From NCBI RefSeq assembly GCF_031769215.1, contig NW_026782651.1:620001-684000 (forward strand): a DNA stretch of 64,000 bases. Direction: 5' to 3'. The translations under genes were made by a program, and so were the position numbers. Numbering within the stretch: position 1 is the first letter of the stretch; every line of letters starts with the position of its first letter. This DNA comes from Ylistrum balloti (lineage: Eukaryota). Positions 1-20,299 of this stretch are shown here, in pieces. The notes beneath the pieces were generated by a model that ran no database searches, was not told where the DNA came from, and was given only the letters and a program-made list of their open reading frames with translations.

Positions 1-3000
1 ATTTTGTTGTATGTCAGTTCTCATACTGTGGGGAAGAAAGGTAATTTACCAACATGCATCAACAAGATTATTTTTGTATGTTGCATCTGAAATTGTCAGA
101 TGCATCTAATTTTATTCCCGTAGAATCAAAATCAATGAAATTCCTTTTATATCTGCATTTTACTGATTACACAGGCAATAGAGAAATTTTTAAGGATATT
201 AATTAGTCTGGGACGTTCCTGATGTTGTACGTTGCCTATCAAAGTCATTGATTGAATGCTTTTAAAATGCTGTTGAGGGCTTAAATTTGTCAATTACAAA
301 TCTACATAATATGGTTTTACTTTATGTTTATTGTGCTTTTTCTCTACTGGACTGATCATCACACAGCAGCAGAGCAAACAACAACAGAATTTGATTTGTA
401 GCTACAGTCAAACTTCTATGAATCAAACTTTAATGATTCAAATTACTTGATGTATCTAAGTTTTCATCTGGTCCTGATTTTTATTTTTATATATTACATC
501 TAATTTATCCCTTGATAAATTGAAGTTTTATAAATCAAACTTTTCAATGTTTCCAAGTTTTTCCACAGACAGATATTAATACAGACAACTTAGTCGTTTA
601 CATGATTGAAACAAAATCTTTATCTGTACTGTAAAGGTACTATCGCCCTACAGCAAAATTTCACACATTTCAAAGATTGCTACCTGGCAATGGGATTACG
701 ATAGCCCATTATCATTGGCTGTGTTGTGAGGTTGATTAAAGAATGGACACAGATTAAAATTTAATTACTTACAAGCCATGATGTTTAATCAAAGATTATG
801 AATGGGATGTTGTGTTATGTTCACTGGTGCCATTAATGGCATTTAGTTAGGTCTGATTTACAGAATTCTGAAAACAAACGAAGGAAATCCTATCACATGT
901 ATGATGATTTCATTAATTCCCAAAACGTCACTTTTCCATTTTAAGCAAAAAAGCAGGAGAAACATCATAATTTATCTGTCAATCATGCATTTTCCGACCG
1001 ATTCAAACTAGCCGTCATCAGACCATTGGCGAGCACTCTTGTAATTTCGACGACTAAAGATGTGTGATGTTAGTACTCTCGTTTCTGTGACAGAATACTT
1101 TATGATATTAATTTCCTTTCTTTTTAGTTCATTAGTGCCTATAATGTTTATGTATCAGTTTTGAAATAATAACTCTACTACTTAAAGACCACTTTAATGC
1201 AGCATATCATTTTATATAAATGAAAATGTTTTGTTTCAAAATATAAATGCATCTTTTCATTTAATCTTGTTTTTAAGAATTTGTTTTGTTTGTCCTGGTA
1301 CAAAAATCTTGTCATCAACTATATATAGCCATGAACATGAAAACGTCAATGTAACCCACCACAAAGGATTCATAGTCTCAAAGTATCAGTCTTTTTGTTT
1401 GTCCTTTCAACTTTGAAACCTCATAGTTTGACTGTATATATATGGTGCAATAATTGATTAATGAATTGTTGGTCAAATGGGTGAAAAGTTTGAACCAAGT
1501 TCAGAGATCAAAATCTTGGTCAGGGTATCGTGAATTTTCTATATATATTGAACACCAAACTAAGGTTGTATAGCCTACAGTTCGGAGTTACAAGTTAAAC
1601 CACATTCAACGTCTGCACTTCTTCATTTATTCTTTCAAAGCAAACATATATGGGCCCTTGCACCAGTCCCAAAGTACAAAGAAAAACTGCTGCCTTTTAT
1701 ATATAAAGCTAATTCCTTGGGTCAAATTAACAGTGTGATATGATACAATGTAAAGGTTGGTCTGTATACACATCAAAGAACTGGAGTCTTCTCACATACA
1801 TGTGTGTACATACAATAAATAATCTATCATCTATTATGAATACATTTCAAGGGTATCAAATTATACCTCTGGTTGTAAAACATTGCTTATTTAATTACCA
1901 GGCTCAGTTTATCAAAGCGTCCTAAAAATTAATACATTAGTAATTTGAATTTTTTTTCATTTCAATAAAAACATTTTTCAAATGTTTTACATTTAAAAAG
2001 ATTTTGCCATGTATTTTATCTTCAACAAAATCATTTTAAATTCCTAAAACAGGCAACCATGAATTATAAATCTTTTAAAATTTGAAAACAAACCATTTGA
2101 ATAATTTGTATTCATTGTTAATTTTAAATACACAGTAGTAAAGTACTATCTATTAAAACAGACTTTAACAACTAGTGAATTATTTAAGTATAGCCCTACA
2201 TGGGGGTTTGGGAGGGAAAGGAACTACTTCACTAAATGGCAATATCTAATTTGTCTACATTATCATCCTTCTTAACTAAAACATTTCATAGGTTCTATCC
2301 TTCAAAGTTCACCCCCAGACAACTAGTATTTGCACTCCTTTCTTTGGACCTTGTGTAAATATACACCTAATACCAGCAAATCTGATAGCTCGTTTACATG
2401 GATTTAGAGCACCTACAGATCCCTTTGAATCCAAGTTAGATGGAGTAGGGGTTACACTAAATAACATTTTGTTTGAGCAATCATATCAGCTTCAAAGCCG
2501 TGTGGAGATGTACAGTCCAGTAGTTATTCGTAAACAGTACCTTTACTCAACAAATTAAACACGAACAAAAAGTGAATTGGAAAACTCTTAAAAGTATTCA
2601 CTTGGTGAATGTTTTAAAATTCTACTGGCTATGGTCACAAATTTAGAAAACATGTCTCCATTTAAATGTATTTACATGTAATTCCTTATAATGGGAACAC
2701 AAATTGATTAAAATCATTTACATAGGAAATCTCCATATCATAATTATATCTGTAATAAAAGAAAACCTTGCTTTTAAGTTTGATAAATATGCGATATATT
2801 TAAAAAAAAAACAAACTTTTATGCAAATCTTTAAATCAATGCTACTTAAACAGATTGAATAAAAAGATACTTGAAACTTCACAATGCAAGTTCGGATAAT
2901 TCAAAAGCATCACATAAAGTCATTACAATTGTCAGTGTGATGAAATTTATAGTGACATAATTACTTAAATACTATTACTGCAGCAAATACATTATAGATA

Positions 3001-4679
3001 TTAATTTCTGAAATACTGTTTCCTGTTGGGATTCAATAAGCTTCAGAACAGGAGATATTTTGAACTAAATGAAATCAAAGCAATGTAGCAATTTTGTAAA
3101 AAAAAAATTGTATTCTGAGAATTACCAAAGTGTTGTGTATATACCCTTATCCTATGACATGTTCATGAACATAAAAACTTCTCATTGAATTCTCAGCAAT
3201 TACATATCTACCTTATAAATAATGCATACAAAACATTACTATTGCCTTTGAACACTGAAGTAATTTATTCTTGATGACAAAACCCAAAAGTCATTATATT
3301 AATTCAAATAGAATTCAGCTGTCATCGACAGCAATACATCAGTGAGTATATGTAACAGGTAAAGTAAATTACCAATGCATGCACATCTCTTGTGAACGTG
3401 TATAATGTGCATTATCAATGCATAGAAAGGTATACTGCATCAAAATTCAAAAGCACTTCAAAGCTTCTTAGTAATCAACATGTTTTTGATCTGGTATGCA
3501 AATAAAATTACCACTAAATTCAGGATGAATTTCAAAGTTTTGAATTCTCCACATGTATCTGAAAACTCAGTAATTGGATTTATTTAGCATAATCCAAATA
3601 TCAATTTTCTGTAGTGTCGTACCGTATCAATCTAAATGCATTAAGAAGCAAATCAATTCATGATCTGAGTCATGATAAAAATTTTGACATTAAAATATAA
3701 AGAAATGTGAAATAGTTTAATAAACCTCAAAGCAGGCAGATACTGTATACTGATATATTTTAGTTTAATCATGATCCATGACTTGCCATTACACCAAAGT
3801 TTCAACATCAATTTGACATAGCTGACTTCTAGGATGTAAAATCTAACTACATGTATTGCTACAAATCTTGAAACTATATCTACATGATAAGGAATGATAC
3901 TGGTGAATTTGTAATCGCTTTTTCTGGGCCTCTTCTTTTAAAATGAGTATGAATTGCTTGCTAGCCAAAGCTGACAATTTAAAACTTGGTAATCCATCAA
4001 AAAGATATTGAAGGCACTCATTTTTCTATTTTTTTTTTAAAATTCTGTTTGAACTTTCCTAATTTTCATGAGTATGCATAGATTACACTTGTCAAAATTT
4101 ATATATTCATCCAATATTCAACAAAACTTGGAAAAGTAAAATATTGAAGGTTATACATCGTGTCTCATATGATTGTGGAAACAAAAGTATTCTACAAACT
4201 AATTGATGACCAGTATCTAACATACATTATTGCAGGCTGCACTGTAATTTGTCAATATTCATCTTTTAACAATGCTTAAGTCTTTTATGTATAAATATAC
4301 ATCTCTGTTCATTTTCATGAAATTTATAAAAGACAGCATGACAGTTAGGAGTGAAAATTACTGTACTAACTGCATCACACAGTCTTGTTTGACAACTTCT
4401 TTAATTGCAGACAAAACAAGATATGGTTCTAATTGAATGCAGAATGTATATTAATGCTTTAAAATTTTCATGCAGTGTAAACAATGTCTACCTGATAGCA
4501 AATGACAATTTCATATTGTTGAAATCGAAAGAACAGCATCGTTGCGGAGTGGAAATTGAATGTGTGCAAATGGGATAGTGTTAGTTAGTGTAACCAGATT
4601 TTGTGGACCAACTTCGTTGTTTGTGTATTGTACACAATGTGTTGGAATACACATACTTTGAACGCTTCTCTTTACTCAC

Positions 4680-5012
4680 CTGCATATCAGTCACACCAAT
4701 TTCTTGATTGGTGATCCAGAGCAACTGCATGGATATCTTAACCGCCTCGTTGGCGATGTCAATGCCACCCAGGACCTTTGGGGAGACATTTTCTTGTCGC
4801 GTGTCTGTATAATATTCGTCGTCAAACAGTTTGGCCAACTTTTCATCCTTTTCACCGATATTATGCAGACTTAACTTCCCCTGATTTCGATCCGTTACAT
4901 CTCTTATTTTCTTTGTATTAGTTCCACTGCTTAAAGAAATAAACAATACTACACACAATACTCTAAAAAGTGGTATAAATACCCTGTTATTATTGTAATT
5001 CAGGGTCGCCAT
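4680..5012 (-). CDS. CACHD1: VWFA and cache domain-containing protein 1 (alpha2delta-like), first coding exon; the rest of the gene lies left of the window or was not found
   Basis: ATG at 5012, then a signal-peptide-like stretch (RVFIPLFRVLCVVLFISLSSG). The exon ends EAVKISMQLLWITNQEIGVTDMQ, which resembles recalled CACHD1 EAQVLASQMRRLAAEELGVVTMQ. Strong donor CAG|GTGAGT at 4680/4679; 333 nt, phase 0. Only one exon seen. Confidence 0.7.
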
Positions 5013-5370
5013 GTTGGAAATGGCCTTTCCGACCTTTTCATCAAAACATGACGGTGATAAACATATAACATGCTTTCACAAATCATCTAATACCATCCAA
5101 ATTCCGAATGCTACGTCATGATTAAACTGTTAATTTCCTATTCTATTTGTTGTAAATCCAGGTTGTGAAAATAAACACGAGAAAGTAAATCCTTATCCGC
5201 TGTTACAATGCTGTTCTGTCATCGTAGTAGACTTGCATGCTAATAAGGAGAGCTAGCACCACAGCGGTGGTTTCGTATCGTCCATTTTTTCACTCTTTTT
5301 TTTCTGTGTAGATGCGCGCGCATCATTTTTACGAAACTAATCATTACTGATTTCGGGCTATATTTTCAAG
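5013..5370. promoter_or_regulatory. Probable bidirectional promoter between the divergent CACHD1 and FDX2 start codons
   Basis: Only 358 bp separate the two ATGs. Local CpG enrichment and a perfect palindrome GATGCGCGCGCATC at 5311-5324 (NRF1-like). Confidence 0.55.
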
Positions 5371-12455
<7,085 letters not shown>

Positions 12456-15099
12456 CACTGGGCTTCCTGGTCATCATCATCCAAACAACTTGAGTGTCAC
12501 ACAGCCTTGAGGCCTAAAACGGATCTCTGCTTGTTTACATACAGGTGTACATGCTCGCGTGCCTGTAGTTCTGCAGTGCTTAAAGTCTCCGCACAAACAG
12601 TATGGTGTGTGATGTCTGCCTCCATGGACACTGTGATTTCAACATATTATTGAACACTATTATGTACCATCATGTAACATTGTGACAGCAGGTCATTGTC
12701 AGCTTCTATTTTGTTATCAGCAGTTGACAGTAGACTCTATATGTGACTGAATAGTATTTCTGCCTTGGGTTTGTGATGTTGTGGGGGCAGGGGGTGGGGG
12801 AGAGGAGCTTAGCATTCAGAGAATTGAGTTCCATGTATCTGGTCATGTATATTTTCTACCTCTAGTACAGTGATGACAAATTCTTTTTTTGAGTGTTTCA
12901 TTTCATTTTTGGACATCCTATACAGCTTATAAATGGCAATAGGCCAGGTTTAAAAAGTTGAAAAAGAAATCCCTGATTTTCAATTTTTAACAATATCTTT
13001 TCAATGAAGGATGTGTGACGAGGATTTAATTACAATTTTCAGGTTCATTTTTTTTGTATCTTATCATTTTTTATGCTGTACACCAAACCATCCAATAGCT
13101 TGGGTATATGTATAGTGTTGCCTCTTGCCGTCATTCTAAAATGATTTAGTTTCCATTCATTTCCTCTTTGATTGATGAAGATGTTGAACTGACATAAAGT
13201 TGAATATTGGATCAGCGTCTCTGGAGTTATGGCACTTGAACTTTGAAAATTTCAAGAAATTTCTTAATTTGTGACTGGTACAGGCAGTTATGTTGCACCT
13301 ATATATTAACCATTAGTTTTTTGATTAATCGCATTTAAATGGTTCACTTTCTTGCCGTGTTGAGCTGACCTAATGATTTTTAATTTTTTTAAAGACATGA
13401 AAGTTGTGGAGGAGGTCAAGCAGAGGAGGATGTAATGATATTAGTGATAAATGATATTATTTCACCAGGGTTAAATTGTTCATATCTTATCAACCTTACT
13501 GAAAACTTCTCACAAAGTATAAATTCCTTGAATCAAATGTTCAAATCATTGAACTTCAAAGACAAAACTACATCTTTGTATACTTCTGATTTTGCCTTAA
13601 TGACAAAAAGGTGAAAAAATGCAAGTTTGGCTGTATACAGTGATTAAATAGGTATCAGACGATGAAAAGGAAGATAAATTTAATATTTCCATGTTGTCAA
13701 GTAGCATTATGAAAACTTGAATTTTTTCTACTTGTTAGGATATTGGACTTTGAACAATGAAACCCAGACCTGCATCTCTTACATGTATGTGTTTGTGTGC
13801 CGAGTGGGTGAAGCAAATCGTTGATGTTGTGAGATTTTGATTGATATGGTTAGTGAATATGATTATAATATGCGTGTTTTGTTTGATTGTAAGAACGTAA
13901 ATAATTGTCATCTTAAGACCTGAACTGACACTAGTTATTATATTTTTATTGCTTTTTACCACACTTTGAGGTTTGTTAATAGTTCAGTTGGTTAGGACAT
14001 TTACCTGAGGTGACCATCCAAGGTATGTGGTTCAATGTTCCTTACTCATGATAGTTTGTGTTTCTCAGGAAGCTGAGAAACTCACCAGTCCTGCTATCAT
14101 GGCCTTGACCTTGGGCTGGACATGTTGCACTAATTGCTGTTGACGAGATGTAATGGGCCTCCCATATGTTGTTCAGTAATATAGCCACCTGGTACTTCAA
14201 GGAGTCCTCACATGGTAATATACCCAGCAAACCAAATACACTTTGATTGGATTGTGGCACTTATCTTTTAATAAGCCGAGGGCCTCAATCAGCACTTAAC
14301 CTTTAACTCAAAATAGGGAGGTCAGTTTACCACAGAATCACTCATATCTGATAGAACTACTATAGATATTGTTGGACAAATTACCAGGAATGGGTTTATC
14401 AAGCAGAAAAAACAAGTTTTGCTGGATTTTTGGAAACAATCGTTTTTCAGAGATAATGATTAGAAGTACTACATCAGTACTTTACATATAATGTACAGTC
14501 TTTTCATGGAATGTTAATAAATGCATGAAAAATAGGGTTTTATCTATAAATAGCAACTATCAACAACTGGATTAAATATTCTCATTATATAATAAGTTTT
14601 GAAATTTGAATTTTTCATGGAGAGTGAATCGTTATGTTTAATGTTTTATTTGTATATTGTATATCAGTATTAAATACAAGCATGAGAGAAGATATTTAAT
14701 TCTCTTTGTTCATTTTACAAATTAAAATTTCTCTACATAAGTGGTATCATGCTCGATCATATATAACATGTATATTGGTGGTGTTAAACCATGTAAGGGT
14801 AAGATTCACCACCTGGCTTTTTTGTGTGCTGTATATTTGTTACTTTATCAGAGACCAAGTTTTCCATGGTCAACAAGAAGTTTGATAATTATCACTACAT
14901 TCTTGGTGCTTTTACACGGATGATTTTTTTCTGCCACTCATGGTTTTCAGCGAGACCTGTCCAATTGGGAGCTTATATGTAGGCCATCATCCCATCTGAT
15001 GTGAACCCAGAATATTCTTACATCCTGTTTAATCTGACTCCCGAGTATTCTGACACACTTTGATCTGACACTTTGGTACTCTGACAGTGTCTGATTTGA

Positions 15100-15245
15100 A
15101 CTCAAGGGTATTCCAAATTTCTATTCAATATGACCCCTGAGTATTCTGACATCCCGTCTGATCCGAATCCCAGGGTATTCTGACATCCCGTCTGATCTGA
15201 ATCCCAGGGTATTCTGACATCCCGTCTGATCTGACCCCTAAGTAG
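15100..15245. repeat. ~34-bp short tandem repeat
   Basis: GTATTCTGACATCCCGTCTGATCTGAATCCCAGG, 3-4 copies with more degenerate relatives upstream to ~15030. Confidence 0.7.
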
Positions 15246-18200
15246 TTAGACTTCCCCTTTACCTGATATGAATCTGAAGATGATTTTTTTTCATTGAGAA
15301 TTGCTATACAATATCCTGTGCCATTGGATAGCTTGTCTTAAATAAATTCATAATTTCTCTTTTTGATGAAAGTTAGCCGATGACCTGTATATTTTATTAT
15401 CTGTAATCAGACCAATATCAATGCAGGATTCTACATGATGTCATCATCTAAGACAGGTGACTGAATTGTGATGTGTTTAACCAGTTTTTATTTGTTGTTA
15501 AATCACCATAGTTATACATGTATTAAACAAATAAAGCTACAAATGTTAAACCTTTCTTACCTTTATTATGAAATCATGATAAAATTAGCTCACATAGTTG
15601 CTTGTGTATTGGACATGTCATATTTGCTTTTGTTGAAACCAATTCTATCTGTACACCATATACAGAAGTGAACAGTCGGCTGGGGATATCTTTTAGTAAT
15701 ACCATATAACATATACCAGACTTGGGGTTGACCTACAAAATCTGCTCAAAGTCAGGGATGGGTTTATTACCAGATAATGGAATAGTATTTGTTTGGTAAT
15801 TCTACAGAACAGCAAAAGATTAAGGTGGGCTTATTACCAGACACTGACTTATTGTGGGATATGTATCTTTTATGGCACATGTAGTAGACTGAGAGCAAAC
15901 AGTCAGAAAAAAATTATTTTGTACTCTTGGCAGCAATTTCTCATTTATATGTGCACATCATGCTAGTGTTTTATCAGTGGCCAGCACATTATAATTTTAA
16001 GATACCAAGTAAAATATAGGCCTTTCATCACTGCTCTGTATCATTTCAACAGCAAAAGTGTAAAGAACTATCAAAAATATTACTGGTATTCAGTTTTTGT
16101 TTTTAGAGTATCTTCCAAACAATTGAAATTTAGAAAAATCTAATAAAAATTATACTGATATAGATATAAGGGATAGTAATGTCCTTTTTCCTTGAACATT
16201 TCAATGTTAAAGACCTAAGGGAGATAATTCAAACGATTTTGTTAGAAAATGACAACATATAATCAGAATTCAGAATAATTCCCTGAAACACAAAAACGAT
16301 AAGACGATAATCATAGATTTATTTTCAATGATTTAATTATGGAAAAATCAATGAACTCTCACTAGTTAAATGAAATGTGTGGCCTTTGTATGGGTGAGTA
16401 TAATATATTTCTGTGGCAAATCAATAAAAAGTACCAAGTTGAACTACCTCTGTATGCTTCAAAACATTTGTCTGTTGTATTTTTATTGTCATTCATTTAT
16501 TTATTTAAGTTATTATTTTGGTCCTTCATGTCAATTGTGAATTTCCTTCAACCCTGAATATGAGCATGCTGTATATATGTAGATATGACTGACGATGGTT
16601 GTAATTAACTGACAATATGGTAATGATGCAGAGGTCTTCTTTAAAAAAAATCCCAAAATACGACAGTTTAAACTGATATCAATATAAAACAGAAACATTA
16701 CACACAACAACAGACTATTTTAGCTAATAAAACATGGTAACACATCAATATCAGTACAAGAACAACATTATGATTCAAAAACAACTTTTCCTTTACCTGA
16801 AGGAAAAAAATTGTCAATTCAAAAATAATAATAAAAACAAGTAATAAATTCAAAACATAAAAAAATGATATTTTTTTTTAAGATTGGAAAATATGACACA
16901 CAAAGAAGTGTAATCCAACTTGGTATTATCTTCAGTACCTTAACGAGATACACCTTGTTATAGATACACATATCAATGACCTCAATAACTGTAAAATTAA
17001 CACTTATTTTAACTCAAACATTTCTGTAAAAAAGTATATATATAGACTTCTATAAGGATGTAGACTATTGAGAACATCTTGTATAATATATTTATCTATT
17101 ATGAGGTCTTTGTTTCAAATGTCTAGTAATAAATATGACATAACAATATGTTTGATTTTATTTTCTTTGCCCTCTCAGATACCAGCTAATTTTCTCCAAA
17201 TTATTATTTGGAGTAAAAAAAGTATATAAATTCTGAAGTATAATAGCACTTTTAAGTAAAAAAAAAAAGATGCATTCTATTTTACAATCATGTAGATAAT
17301 TTTTCTTAATTCTTTTTCAATATTTGAATGTAAGAAAAAAGAATTAAAAAAACAAAACAAAAAAAACAAAAAAACAACATAAAAATCAGAATTCCACAGT
17401 ATAAGTCTTTTTTCAGCCTAAACTACTTTTTCCTGTTTGCATATTAAACAATAAACTTATCATTATAATTGCAAAAAATAAACACTATTGTTGATCAGAA
17501 TTAGGAGATAGGAAGTCTTTCTATGGGAGGGGCACTGATTGCACTTAGTTTTAGGCTCATCAAATATATTGGCCATGCATTCCTTAACATTACATTTGTA
17601 CATTCCCTACATTAAATTCTAATTTACATTAGAGTTATGTCCCTTGACAAGACTTCTTTTTTTGATATAAATAAAACCCCAAAAAACAGTCAATCTTGTG
17701 GAAAAGTTGAAAAAACAGCCATTGTTTAAGATGTGAATACAAAATGATGAATGAAATCATTAATGTTAAGCAAGAAAAAACATGAAAACCCCTTGGATTT
17801 GTAAGTTAACCTGTCTTTTTCTGCAAAAGAGAAATCATATCCTGTTGACTTCATATAAAATGAAAATGCTATGATGTGATAAACGATTTTCATGCATTTT
17901 TGTGAAAACTGAATAATATGACAATGAAAAATAAAACATTAACAGACTGTGCATCTTTTCCATATCTTATATAAAGTTTTATGAAAAAGACCAAAACATC
18001 AACATTTTGAAACAAATATCATCATAAATTAAGCACATAAATATAACAAAATATAACAATTTAAATGGAATGCATCAAAATAGTCATTCTCGATACTCAA
18101 GGGATTATGGTCACTTTTTTGCTCTACATCCCTGGAACATGTCATGGCCAAATTGAAGGCACAAGGGAACATTTAATTGGTTCCAGGTGAAACTGACTAA

Positions 18201-20299
18201 TCACAGGCTGATGCGCTTCTATTGAAGATTACAAAGGAGCTACACCCCTCTTCAAAGTCATTACAATGTACCATTATGCCAACTTGAGATTTTTTTTATG
18301 TACATCAAATTATCAAACTAGCCTTTTTGTCTTGTCCACAAGATATTGCACATGGAACCTTCAATTTTGCCTGGGGTGCAGAGAGCAATAGTGACCGTTA
18401 GCCCTGGAGTATTGGGGATGCAAATTAGTAAATTAACTCCTCTACATACAATTAGTAACAAAACAACAATACCTTCACAATTAATGTTTTCATATACATG
18501 TTAATTTCATTCTCTAGAAATTTTGTTACTTTTGTGTTTAAGAATTGACACACGGAATAAATAAGTTGTCAATTTTAAATAATCTTTCCTCATTATCATG
18601 ACCTTTGACAGTTAGTAACAATCTGAGACAGAACTTCAAACAGATACATTGTATATATATGAACAGATACACATAACTGTAAACAGAAGGCCCATGAGAC
18701 CTGTATCATCCACCATTTCTTGAATAGCTATCACCTTAAAGAAGTTCAATCTTATATAAATCTATCATAAACCATTTTACTCATGTCAAGTTAGGGTCAA
18801 GGCAATAAATTGTCTATGATAGCAAGCCACTAATTCATAACTCCAAGCCTCATCTTCCATAAGAAGTAGTTGTTTTTAATCTTTTCATCTATTTCACTGC
18901 AGAGAGGGTCAGGGTTATTAATTGGAATATTGATGGCCCTTTATTTCAGCAAGATTTGTGACAAATTTTTATTACTTGACCTTACAACAAGTTTCTTTGA
19001 TCCTGAAGATGTTTTATTCAAAAAGTAAAAATATTCCTTAAAAAATAGATATTCAAATGGAAAATAGTATTACAGACTGTGTTTATCATTAATCAATCAT
19101 CTCTAATTAACCTTTGACCTTGGCACAGCCCAATCTGGTCTTCATTGATCACTATCAAACACAAAGCTATTTTAAAAAAAGATTTTATAAGTCTTCGTTA
19201 CAGGAAGTTTTTAACATCATTCTATAGACATTAAAAAAATATCATCAACATTGTACACAGTACCCTGTACCAAAACTTATTGGTTCTACATATACTGTGA
19301 GCAAATAATTTAATAAACTTTAATAAAATTTCTCTTAACTTCGAAATGTCTACATATCTATCTCCCTATTATACACATGTATAAATAAGTTTAAGGCATG
19401 AACAAACTTAGTATGACAATTAGATCATTACTATACAGCATCTAAATATGATTGAAGAATGGTCACATATCTGTGCCAAAAAATATAGAAATATCTTCAA
19501 TCTTGCCTTTGAGAAAATAGTGTCATTTCCTGTAGACAGCTTTCATACACCTAACATGACATAAGGCACCAATATTTCTGTATAAGTGTAAGTGGAAGCT
19601 AGTATGAAGATATTTTGTGGCAATATGAGCTAGTATTTTCTTCAACAACACTAAAAATCTGTCTTATTTGACCCATTTTTACCTTAACTCTAAACAAACA
19701 CTGTGTACATTAACGGGTTTCATGGTAACTGATTACAGAAATAAAAAATTGTTGTCATTAACCTTGGACACCATGTGGGACGTTAAGTGTCATTCCCATT
19801 TAAAAACCAATAACAACCGTAAGCCGAATTAGACAAAACATGGGGGCCATAGTCCCAAATACGATTATGAAATCTACTACCTTGTTGGAACCCACTGCTT
19901 TTTGACTGGATTTGAAATTCAGTTCTTACATAAGTTAAATTCACTGGAACAAGACAATAGTAAATCATGTGCTTTGTAGTTGATATTTTCATGACATGGT
20001 GATTTTTAGATGAAATATTAAAGGCACCGTTAACCAGTAAATTTTCGAAACAATGATATGTGAAGAAAAGAATATATGTTTTGATATTGCCAAAACTGAC
20101 AGAGTACAGAATGTGTGTAACAGGGGAATTCTCTATATGTCTACTGTTAAAAGTTCTAACATTTTAGATATTGTTGGCCTTTTATATGTGTATCCTTTCA
20201 GTAATATTTTAATAAAATATTTTATGACGTAAAATACCACTTACACAACCACATTTTACCTGTGCCTTCCTTTTCTACATGTGTAACTATGGGTACATG

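Noticed and set aside
12456-12653. 65 open codons after the FDX2 TGA (readthrough or selenocysteine?)
   Set aside because: PQPH* is the conserved FDX2 end, the context TGA-CAC is not the CTAG readthrough motif, and no SECIS was recognised.
14042-14260. GC-richer minus-strand ORF with donor-like sites
   Set aside because: No convincing acceptor, no partner exons and no recognisable homology.
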